From Candidatus Poribacteria bacterium (lineage in GTDB: Bacteria; Poribacteria; WGA-4E; UBA9662), in contig JAYGDX010000004.1 of assembly GCA_046582655.1 (NCBI GenBank), forward strand, positions 1 through 14,620: DNA of 14,620 nucleotides. Reading direction: 5' to 3'. Position numbers and translations under genes: made by a program. How positions within the stretch are numbered: position 1 is the first letter of the stretch; every line of letters starts with the position of its first letter. Of the stretch, positions 1 to 7,795 are shown in pieces. A model generated the notes under the pieces. The model ran no database searches, had not been told where the DNA came from, and worked only from the letters and a program-made list of their open reading frames with translations.

Positions 1-38
1 TGTAATTGTTGATTGTGTTTAAACAAAAAGAAACTGGG

Positions 39-395
39 TTAAGATTGATTAAAAAACTCGAGTGCCTCTTCCAAGGAGTCAAAAATTTCAACGCCTTCAA
101 TATGTTCCATAATATTCATTGTTTTGATGATCAACATGCACGGATTAGATAGTTCACACAAACAGAATCTCTGTTGTTTCTGTTCACCTTCCAGCATCAC
201 GCTGACTATTGTGGCAATCCCTCTACTGCTTGTCAGTGTTACCTGTCCTAAGTTAATTACAACATTACCATTTCCAATCTGATTATATGCTGCCCGAACA
301 GACTCTGCCGTATGCCGATCGAGATTATTTTGAATACTCAGGACAGACACATCTCCGATTTGTTCAACAGCAACATTGGACCCATAATTCTGCAT
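39..395 (-). CDS. STAS-domain anti-sigma factor antagonist (RsbV/SpoIIAA-like)
   Basis: 118 aa with STAS layout: VSVLSIQNNLD, VVINLGQVTLTSSRG (aligns to DLxxVxxxDSxG), C-terminal IFDSLEEAL. SD AAAGGAG lies upstream of the ATG, and the gene sits directly downstream of an RsbW-like gene. Confidence 0.88.
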   Translation of the reverse strand: MQNYGSNVAVEQIGDVSVLSIQNNLDRHTAESVRAAYNQIGNGNVVINLGQVTLTSSRGIATIVSVMLEGEQKQQRFCLCELSNPCMLIIKTMNIMEHIEGVEIFDSLEEALEFFNQS

Positions 396-421
396 TATTC
401 CGCTCCTTTGCTGTGCTCACA

Positions 422-850
422 TTACGCATGTTCATGCAAGATTGTTACTGTAGTGGTTGTTCCTTCTCCCTCTGTGCCCACAATTTCCACGTCGTCGACC
501 AGAGATTTCATTAAGAACAATCCCCATCCTGATATTTCCTGTTCCATGCTCTTAAACAACTCAAATTGCTCGTCTAGATCTGGCTCGTCAAAGTTGGGGC
601 TGACATTTCCTGAACCAGAATCTTTTACGCTGACACTAAGCGACTCATTATTATATTCAAAAGTTACCTCAACGTTTTTGGTTGGATCGTAATCGTTCCC
701 ATGGTCCATAGCGTTGATGCAGGCTTCGTTAACGGCAATCTTGAGTTTGTTTAGCTTCTCATAAGGAATCTCATGTATCCTTGCCATTGCGCCAACGGCT
801 TCGACAACAATTTCTTCGTACCCCTCAATACTTGGTACGGAGGTGCTCAC
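422..850 (-). CDS. Anti-sigma factor Ser/Thr kinase (RsbW/SpoIIAB-like, HATPase_c_2)
   Basis: N-box AVNEACINAMDHG, G1 VKDSGSG and G2 SGWGLFLMKSLVDDV. The GTG start is uncertain because the best SD is 30 nt upstream. Confidence 0.9.
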   Translation of the reverse strand: MSTSVPSIEGYEEIVVEAVGAMARIHEIPYEKLNKLKIAVNEACINAMDHGNDYDPTKNVEVTFEYNNESLSVSVKDSGSGNVSPNFDEPDLDEQFELFKSMEQEISGWGLFLMKSLVDDVEIVGTEGEGTTTTVTILHEHA

Positions 851-1238
851 TTTTCCAGATTCCAGATTCTACTTGGATATCTCCTTATTTGTTTATGATA
901 CTTTGAAAATATTCTTTGGTTCCCCATACTATAAGCTAATTATTTAAACAAAAAAAGCTACATTGAAAATATATAGGAAAGAAAATTTAATAATAATACT
1001 GAATATATTCAACTCTGGATTTATTTGCAAGTTATTTTTTCGTTGTTTTTTTATGACAAAATGAATTTAACAGTACATTTTTTACTTTTCAGCACACCAG
1101 ATTAAAAAAACATCATAGTTCAGAAAAGCACACTTCAATCCATTGTGATTTTTTGTCAAACACATAGTTTAAATCATCTCCTATTAAATTTGTGATATGA
1201 TAAACTATTAATTTTATTAAAGATAAGGGATAATAATT

Positions 1239-2297
1239 ATGGCAAGAACAGCCCGGGCTGTTATCGCACATGGACAGGATTTTGATATCCGAGAATACCC
1301 GGTGCCTGATCCGGAACCGAATACTATTCTGTTGCGTCAGGAGTTGGCAGGCATCTGCGGTACCGACCTGCATAACTGGCAAAACGGTATTCGAGGTGAG
1401 ATGTTGCTGGGACACGAAAACGTTGGTATTATCGATTCGATTGGAAAAGGGGTTACAACCGACTACTTAGGTAATCCCATTAGCCAAGGGGATAGAATCG
1501 TCTTTGCCCCTGGTGTAAAAGGCGGTTATGGAGCTTACGGATTCCGGCAGGATGCGGATAATCCTCCCCATTTCAGCGGTGGGTTTGCTGATTACATATA
1601 CCTGAGCATCCCAAACACCTGCTTTTTGAAAACGGACGCGCCACCGGAAATCGGCGTACTCACCGAGCCGTTTGCAGTTGGTGTTCACGCAGTAATGCGA
1701 GGTGATGTCCAGATTGGAGACACGGTAGTAATACAGGGGTCAGGTGCCATCGGGTTGGTGGCCTTAGTCGGCGCTAAAATCAGCGGTGCAGCCAAACTGA
1801 TTATGGTCGGCGGCCCAGCCGGTCGATTGGAACTGGCCAAGCGAATGGGCGCGGATGTTACCATTAACATTGAAGAAGTAACATCTGCTGAAGACAGGAC
1901 TGAACTGATCAAAGAACATACGCCGCAAAAAGAAGGAGCAGATGTTGTCTTCGAATGCGCCGGATTTTTGTCGGCCACACCAGAAGGTTTGGGTTATGTC
2001 AAGTTTGGTGGAACCTTCGTTGAGGTCGGGCACTTTGTCGACATGGGATCTATCCAACTTAACCCGAACCAGTTGCTGATGCGCAAAAACCTGCGTTTAG
2101 AAGCTGTTTGGGGATTTGAGTACGAGCATTTTATCCGCGGGCTGCCCATTCTGGAAAAGGCGGAATTTCCGTTTGCCGATATGATAAGCCACGTGCTGCC
2201 GCTTTCTCGCGTTGGTGAAGGATTTGAAGCTCTAAATGGAAAATATCAGTTGGATGACCGAACAACCATCAAGATTGCTATTCAATCCCAATCGTAG
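1239..2297 (+). CDS. Zinc-dependent medium-chain dehydrogenase/reductase (alcohol/polyol dehydrogenase family)
   Basis: GICGTD (catalytic Zn Cys), GHENVG (His), TEP (Glu), Rossmann QGSGAIG and GADVVFECAG. SD-like AAGGGA before the ATG. Confidence 0.93.
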   Translation: MARTARAVIAHGQDFDIREYPVPDPEPNTILLRQELAGICGTDLHNWQNGIRGEMLLGHENVGIIDSIGKGVTTDYLGNPISQGDRIVFAPGVKGGYGAYGFRQDADNPPHFSGGFADYIYLSIPNTCFLKTDAPPEIGVLTEPFAVGVHAVMRGDVQIGDTVVIQGSGAIGLVALVGAKISGAAKLIMVGGPAGRLELAKRMGADVTINIEEVTSAEDRTELIKEHTPQKEGADVVFECAGFLSATPEGLGYVKFGGTFVEVGHFVDMGSIQLNPNQLLMRKNLRLEAVWGFEYEHFIRGLPILEKAEFPFADMISHVLPLSRVGEGFEALNGKYQLDDRTTIKIAIQSQS

Positions 2298-2337
2298 AGT
2301 TGCCAATAAAATCTTGCTGTAACTGACCGTTAATTCT

Positions 2338-3483
2338 CTAATCAACAGAAACGGTTTTACCACTAGCCGCAGATTGGTATCCGGCGGTAATGACAGCAAT
2401 CGACTGCGCTGCCAGAGCCGCGTGCATTTCGCCTTCTCTGCCAGCCTCAATAGCGTCGATAAATGCGGCAAACTCGCGGTTCTGCCAATTTTCGTCGGCA
2501 GTTGGCATCCATGACTGTTTCGGCAACAATTCAACATCAGCTTGCGTGTGCTTCCACATTCCCATTGGATCTTTCGGGTGTGGATCAGGAGGGCGAAATG
2601 AAGGTTCGTCAGCACTAACCTGCAAACGGGATTGATATGGATCGAATACCATTGTTTTTTGGGTTCCTACCAGATAGAGTCGCTGGATTCCGCCTTTGGG
2701 GTGACTCATCCATCCCATGCGTCCACCGGTAATGGTGGCGGTAATATCATCTTCCATTGACATCATCAAAACACCGAAATCTTCAATATCACATTCACAG
2801 TGCTCTTTGAAGAAATAGTTGGCAGTGACACCGGAAACGGTTTTAACTGCTTTATTTGACAACCAGTTGATAATGGATACCGCATAAACGCCAATATCGA
2901 ACATTTCAGGTTTAGCTTGAATAAAAGTATATTTATCTCGTGACGGTTGCTCCTGGCGTTTGCAATCAACCGGAGCGGTTCCCGGATGTCCTTTGGCAAA
3001 GACAACGTCGCAATGCACGGCACGCAGTTGACCAATCTCTCCGCTCTCAATTGCCTTCTTGGCCAACTGTGCCCATGGGCAATAGACATTACTAAACATC
3101 TGGCTGGTAACGCCCGAGTGCCGAACGGCTTGAACAATCAATTCTGCGTCTGCTACGTTCAACGCCAATGGTTTATCTAAATAAAGGTGTTTCCCAGCTT
3201 GAGCGCATTTTTTCCCAACACTTCCCCGCCTTTCCATCTCTACGCATAGACTGACAATGTCTACATCCATAAGGGCTAAAGCTTGATCCAAATCGGCAAT
3301 GTAGGGTAAATCCAACTCATCCGCCAGTTGCCGGTTGAGTTCAACTCGATCGGCTGGGGCATCTAACTCATCTGAGCAGGCAATAAGCTGGCAACGGGGA
3401 TCAGCTGCAAACATCAGGGCGTAGTTTTCCTGATGCGATCGGTAACCACCTAATAAAAGTACACCATACTTGTTGGTTGCCAT
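2338..3483 (-). CDS. Gfo/Idh/MocA family oxidoreductase
   Basis: VDIVSLC, AGKHLYLDKPLA (EKP-type motif), IESGEIGQL, MFDIGVY and EDFG. Start moved from the ORF-track 3501 to ATG 3483 (MATNKY), which has SD GGAGGAGG 7 nt upstream and lies 2 nt after the upstream stop. Confidence 0.9.
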   Translation of the reverse strand: MATNKYGVLLLGGYRSHQENYALMFAADPRCQLIACSDELDAPADRVELNRQLADELDLPYIADLDQALALMDVDIVSLCVEMERRGSVGKKCAQAGKHLYLDKPLALNVADAELIVQAVRHSGVTSQMFSNVYCPWAQLAKKAIESGEIGQLRAVHCDVVFAKGHPGTAPVDCKRQEQPSRDKYTFIQAKPEMFDIGVYAVSIINWLSNKAVKTVSGVTANYFFKEHCECDIEDFGVLMMSMEDDITATITGGRMGWMSHPKGGIQRLYLVGTQKTMVFDPYQSRLQVSADEPSFRPPDPHPKDPMGMWKHTQADVELLPKQSWMPTADENWQNREFAAFIDAIEAGREGEMHAALAAQSIAVITAGYQSAASGKTVSVD

Positions 3484-3485
3484 CT

Positions 3486-3932
3486 TTATGCCTCCTCCCA
3501 CTTAACCCACTGTCCGCTATCCACCGAGCGTTGCACCAGCTGACTTTGATCTGTTTCCTTGGTTAGATCAACTACAAACTCCTGGTTATGATGTCGACTA
3601 GGCGGTGTTTCATGGTAGATTACGCCCTTGTTGCCAATCAGATGGAGGTCAATTGAGGCTGTTTGATCCGTAGCAACCCGATTGGCGCTTAGAACCGCTG
3701 TTTGACCTCCTAGATATTGAATCATGGTTGTCAGTTGAACATCATCCTGACTCCTTCTCGCCTGTATGAATTCCGGTGATGAAGGCATCCATAGGTTGGC
3801 AAGTGTTATCAGGATATTGGTTGCATGTTCGATGTCTTCAACGGGGACTTGGAGCATAGACCGTAAAAACACTGGACTGCCAATTCGCCCGCTATCAATT
3901 ACCGATTGAATTGATTTTTGAAGTGATTGCAT
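3486..3932 (-). CDS. Hypothetical protein resembling an isolated Gfo/Idh/MocA C-terminal domain (no Rossmann domain)
   Basis: 148 aa. VIDSGRIGSPVFLR parallels IESGEIGQLRAVH and ITDGVIGDLRSM of the neighbours; LHLIGNKGVIY parallels IEFVGEKGRII; LVQRSVDSGQWV parallels AGYQSAASGKTV. SD-like GGAAGG upstream; tightly coupled to the downstream Gfo gene. Confidence 0.75.
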   Translation of the reverse strand: MQSLQKSIQSVIDSGRIGSPVFLRSMLQVPVEDIEHATNILITLANLWMPSSPEFIQARRSQDDVQLTTMIQYLGGQTAVLSANRVATDQTASIDLHLIGNKGVIYHETPPSRHHNQEFVVDLTKETDQSQLVQRSVDSGQWVKWEEA

Positions 3933-4010
3933 GATCAGATCCTTCCGTCATGTAGAAAATTTAGATTCCTTCTTTGCCATTCAATCTAACATGGCTGTGT
4001 ATTCAGGATT

Positions 4011-5093
4011 TTAGCCCATACGTAGGCTCCGATCCACCAGTGGTAGATCTAACTTGATATTGCCCTGTTTATGAGATTCACGTATGGCGATGGCAATTTC
4101 CAAAGTTTCTCTGCCAAATTCTCCCGGACAGATCTCTTCAACGCCTTTTTCAATCGATAGGCAAACACCTTCGATCGCATCAACCATGGAACTACGCGGA
4201 TACCATGGATTTGGAAATTGGTTTTGGATAGGCGTATTGGTTTCCGGATGCGTCGTCCTCAATTCAAACTGCGCATGTGCGTTCCGCGAAATAATGCGTC
4301 CTTTTTCACCAACAAATTCGATTGTCCAGCTAAGACCTGTTCGTTCAGCATGCGAATTCATTACCGCCCTGATACCGTTCTCATAGACGATGTATCCAGA
4401 ACCGGGAATATCTCCATGACCTTCTGCGTGTTGATCATTGTCTAACACACCAAAAACCCATTTTGCTGGTGCACCAGCAAACAGTCGAAAAAGAGCAAAA
4501 GTATGGCTTTGTAGATTTGACAGGCTGGCGGGGCTATGGCATATCATAGACCGTAAATCCCCAATCACCCCATCAGTGATAACTTTGCGTGCGTTAGTAT
4601 ACCAATTATACCAATTCAAGTGACAGGCCATTGACAAGATGACATTATTTTGCTGACAAGCTTGTATCATGTCATCTGCTTCTGCCAAAGTACGACACAT
4701 GGGTTTAGTAGCAAAGATGGCTTTGACACCCATTTCCGCCAGTTCAACGACAACCTCGGCACGAGGTTCCGGCCGAGTGGTGACAGCCACAACATCCGGC
4801 TTTTCTTTCTCGATCATCTGGCGGTAATCAATATAAAGGGCCTCAATTCCCCACCGTTGCTTGAAGTCATCCAGTTTTGACGGATCAGAATCAGCAGCAG
4901 CAACCAGATCTATTCCTCGGGCCTCGATCATAGCAGGGGCATGCGCCCACGGCCAAGGATAATGCGGCATACCAATATGCTCATCATCAATAGTACTGCC
5001 CATCCGGCCACAGCCAACAACGACACCTCGATAAGTGTGTTTCGGTCTACTGTCCGCAACGACGTTAAACGCCTTGCTTTCTAGTTCTGCCAT
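4011..5093 (-). CDS. Gfo/Idh/MocA family oxidoreductase
   Basis: Rossmann VVGCGRMG, EKPDVVAVTT, IFATKPM and C-terminal TLEIAIAIRES. Start moved from TTG 5123 to ATG 5093 (MAELESK), which has SD AAAAGGAG 5 nt upstream. Confidence 0.92.
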   Translation of the reverse strand: MAELESKAFNVVADSRPKHTYRGVVVGCGRMGSTIDDEHIGMPHYPWPWAHAPAMIEARGIDLVAAADSDPSKLDDFKQRWGIEALYIDYRQMIEKEKPDVVAVTTRPEPRAEVVVELAEMGVKAIFATKPMCRTLAEADDMIQACQQNNVILSMACHLNWYNWYTNARKVITDGVIGDLRSMICHSPASLSNLQSHTFALFRLFAGAPAKWVFGVLDNDQHAEGHGDIPGSGYIVYENGIRAVMNSHAERTGLSWTIEFVGEKGRIISRNAHAQFELRTTHPETNTPIQNQFPNPWYPRSSMVDAIEGVCLSIEKGVEEICPGEFGRETLEIAIAIRESHKQGNIKLDLPLVDRSLRMG

Positions 5094-5196
5094 CGGTTCT
5101 CCTTTTGACGCCGATTTGTTCAATATTGAGATGATATAGGAGATCAGAATTTATTAAAATTTTCCAGTAGGAATAAGAAATCGTTCTGGGAAATGT

Positions 5197-5225
5197 ACTT
5201 TAACCTCAAAAAAATCAAGAGTCAA
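5197..5225 (-). promoter_or_regulatory. Putative sigma70-type promoter for the Gfo operon
   Basis: Minus strand TTGACT (5225-5220), 17-nt spacer, TAAAGT (5202-5197), about 100 nt upstream of ATG 5093. Confidence 0.45.
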
Positions 5226-5263
5226 AATAACAACTCATTTGTCAGAAACATACGACATATAAC

Positions 5264-6553
5264 CTAACGCGGTTGGTATTGTGATCGAACAGGTTCCTTC
5301 AAAGCCCGTTCAAACAGATCATTCCATTCGATAGTACCGTCATCGTACCAAGGATCCAAATATACACCTTCTACGTAGGCAGGCCCCTGACCGGAAGTAA
5401 AGTATCCATACCCCTGAGACGAAGATCCCATGTGAATACAACTTCCATCAGGGTAGACAATAGTGCTGATAATCCTCGGTTGCGGATGCTCGTAAAGTTC
5501 TCCCTTTGTAAGGAATGGCTCAAGCTTATGGGCAGGAACTCTGTAACGATCTACCGACTCTAAATCAACTGTTACACCCAAACCAGGTTCATCCGGTACA
5601 GCGTGGTGACCATCAACAACCTTAATTTCCCCAGTCAGCAACTGGTTACTGTAGAGATTAATGCATGTAATCGCCGGCCAAGTTGCGTTTGTCAGCACCG
5701 CGCCTAAATGCGCTGCCCACGTTGTGGTCAGACCATTTCCAACCAGTTGCAGCCAAAACGGTTTATCCGCTTCCTCACTCAAAAATCCTTGTCGCATGGC
5801 TTCCGATTTCCCGGCACAGATGACATATCCATCACATACCTCTTCACGTACCCCAACGAGGTAGGGAGGACTACCGAAATGCATAGCAACTTGACTGTTA
5901 ATCTCCTGTCGGATTTGTTGGTTACCTGGTATATCATCTTGTGGTATAGGTGATTCAAAAATGGCTACAATATCGTACTCTTCAAGCTTATGGATAACCG
6001 GAATAGCGTTTTCTGCATTCTGGAGAGTGCTATTGGGATCAAGATCAAGTTTGAAACCCGAAGGGACCACAGCATTAATCGCATCAACCTGCTTAACAAT
6101 ATCCTGCCAAGGACGAGGTTTCAATTTAAAACTGGTATACCCATTTCCAACTGCATCTTTGGCTTCTGCCGCCCAATCTTCTGGTGATGCATCGATAGAC
6201 CACCAAGAGATTGGAACCTGCTCCCGAATCCTTTTGCCCAGCAACGTATGGACAGGAACTTCCAAGATTTTACCAACAACATCGAACAAAGCCATTTGTA
6301 GTCCCGCTCCCAATGAATCATCATTCATCATCTTTGCTGGACTTTGACCAGTAACTTTGGCCACAGCGTCATCAGTCACTCGGGACCAGGTGTAATGGAT
6401 CACCGTTTCACCCCAGCCGACGTGTCCGGTGTCTGTGGACACTTTACACAATTCCAAAATAGACCAGTTGTGTACTTCTCGTTCCGTAATTCGTTGCTGT
6501 CGCGGCGTAAAGGGAACATCCACTATGATACGTTCTATACCCGTTACTCTCAT
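5264..6553 (-). CDS. Mandelate racemase/muconate lactonizing enzyme (enolase superfamily) protein, probable acid-sugar dehydratase/isomerase
   Basis: N-terminal capping domain (TDTGHVGWGE, MALFDVVGKILEVPVHTLLG), KxK motif FKLKP, metal-ligand positions LDLDPN / FESP / AMHFG, and PDEPGLGV. SD AAAAGGA. Confidence 0.92.
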   Translation of the reverse strand: MRVTGIERIIVDVPFTPRQQRITEREVHNWSILELCKVSTDTGHVGWGETVIHYTWSRVTDDAVAKVTGQSPAKMMNDDSLGAGLQMALFDVVGKILEVPVHTLLGKRIREQVPISWWSIDASPEDWAAEAKDAVGNGYTSFKLKPRPWQDIVKQVDAINAVVPSGFKLDLDPNSTLQNAENAIPVIHKLEEYDIVAIFESPIPQDDIPGNQQIRQEINSQVAMHFGSPPYLVGVREEVCDGYVICAGKSEAMRQGFLSEEADKPFWLQLVGNGLTTTWAAHLGAVLTNATWPAITCINLYSNQLLTGEIKVVDGHHAVPDEPGLGVTVDLESVDRYRVPAHKLEPFLTKGELYEHPQPRIISTIVYPDGSCIHMGSSSQGYGYFTSGQGPAYVEGVYLDPWYDDGTIEWNDLFERALKEPVRSQYQPR

Positions 6554-6664
6554 ATTAGTTTCCTTTTATCCGGTTCTATATTCAATTGGATCTAAGAATT
6601 GTCCTAATTCAGTTATGATCTCAAAATTGATTGGTTCTGTCAAGCTGATAAAACAATTTTGAGC

Positions 6665-6693
6665 TTTCCATTCTCATCCTGATCAACTATAAT
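6665..6693 (+). promoter_or_regulatory. Putative sigma70-type promoter for the DHDPS-like gene
   Basis: TTTCCA (6665-6670), 17-nt spacer, perfect TATAAT (6688-6693). Confidence 0.45.
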
Positions 6694-6883
6694 CAAATTC
6701 AAGCTGAAAAAATTTTAGCTCTTCATTTTCAAGATTTAAGGGCAAAAAATTTAGCTGAACTGTTAGTAAGTATCTAGTATCTGTGTTGATAAGGCTGTTT
6801 TTTATTGATCGTTCGAATTTCGGTGTAAAGGTCGCTGCCAGAAGCCGTTGCCAATCATAGTTATCAATTTTATAGGAACAAAA

Positions 6884-7795
6884 ATGAGTCTAAAGAAACT
6901 GGATAAGGGTGACTGCCGAAATGTCTTGGTCGTTGCCATTACACCGCGAAATGAAGATCAGCAGGTAGATTTGGATGGAGTTCGGAAAAACGCCCGTTAC
7001 TTAGTTCAGAATGGGGTAAACTTCATTATGCCTGAATGTGGTACAGGCTTAGTTTATGATGCTAGCCTAGAGGAATACGAAGCGGTAGTAGGTACGTTTA
7101 TCGATGAAGTGGGGAATGAGTCCTACGTCGTTCCCGGCATCGGTCCGGGATTTGGACGGTCCTTGGAAATGGGTAGCATCGCCAATTACTTAGGCGCGGA
7201 TGGAGTGATGATTATGCCAGTGGTTGGTCCCGCTTCTGCTATGGGAGTCTATAACGGTCTGAAAGCAATTACCGAGAAAATTAAACTGCCAACAATCCTC
7301 TATCAGCGTCGATTGGATATTATGACAGTTGATGATGTAATATGCCTTTGCCAATTAGATGAAATCATTGGATTAAAATACGCAGTTGATAATGTAGATG
7401 CTTTTAAGCAAATTGCAGAAAAAGCTGGAGACCAAGCAGCTATGACCTGCGGTATGGCGGAAGATCCGTGTATCGAATATCTGGAGAATGGGGCTATTGG
7501 TTTCAGTTCGGGAATGGCAAATTTTGTCCCGCGAATGAGTATGTCTCTGCTACAAAATTTTATGTCCGGAAACAAAGCTGAAGCTGAACGCCTCCGGAGT
7601 CTGATGATACCGTTTGAGGATTTTCGTGGTGAGGGCGGAGCTCGATATAGTAGTTCAGCTTTACACGCCGCCATGGATTACGTTGGCCTGGCAGGTGGAC
7701 CGGTAATTCCCTTTGCCACAGATGTCAGTCAGCAAGATTTGCCGCGAGTACATACTATGATGGATGCGTTGATGACTGAGGAAAAAAAACTGTAG
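6884..7795 (+). CDS. Dihydrodipicolinate synthase/N-acetylneuraminate lyase family protein (KdgD-like class I aldolase/dehydratase)
   Basis: AITP, ECGTG (GxxG loop), GADGVMIMP, ILYQR (relay Tyr), IGLKYA (Schiff-base Lys), GAIGFSSGMANFVP. Start moved from TTG 6848 to ATG 6884, preceded by AGGA. Confidence 0.9.
   Translation: MSLKKLDKGDCRNVLVVAITPRNEDQQVDLDGVRKNARYLVQNGVNFIMPECGTGLVYDASLEEYEAVVGTFIDEVGNESYVVPGIGPGFGRSLEMGSIANYLGADGVMIMPVVGPASAMGVYNGLKAITEKIKLPTILYQRRLDIMTVDDVICLCQLDEIIGLKYAVDNVDAFKQIAEKAGDQAAMTCGMAEDPCIEYLENGAIGFSSGMANFVPRMSMSLLQNFMSGNKAEAERLRSLMIPFEDFRGEGGARYSSSALHAAMDYVGLAGGPVIPFATDVSQQDLPRVHTMMDALMTEEKKL

Noticed and set aside
287..692. + strand ORFs 287-514 and 312-692
   Set aside because: Antisense shadows of the well-supported STAS and RsbW genes; no motifs.
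921..950. SigB-like promoter (GTTTAA...GGGGAA) upstream of the rsbW-like gene
   Set aside because: The spacer is 18 nt versus the 12-14 nt expected for SigB promoters.
1113..2615. ORFs 1113-1415, 1270-1470, 1467-1688, 1685-1978, 1764-2057 and 2232-2615
   Set aside because: Overlap the MDR dehydrogenase or Gfo gene in other frames or strands, with no recognisable domains.
2390..6662. Short alternative-frame and antisense ORFs inside the Gfo and enolase-family genes
   Set aside because: Typical shadow ORFs of long coding sequences; no independent support.
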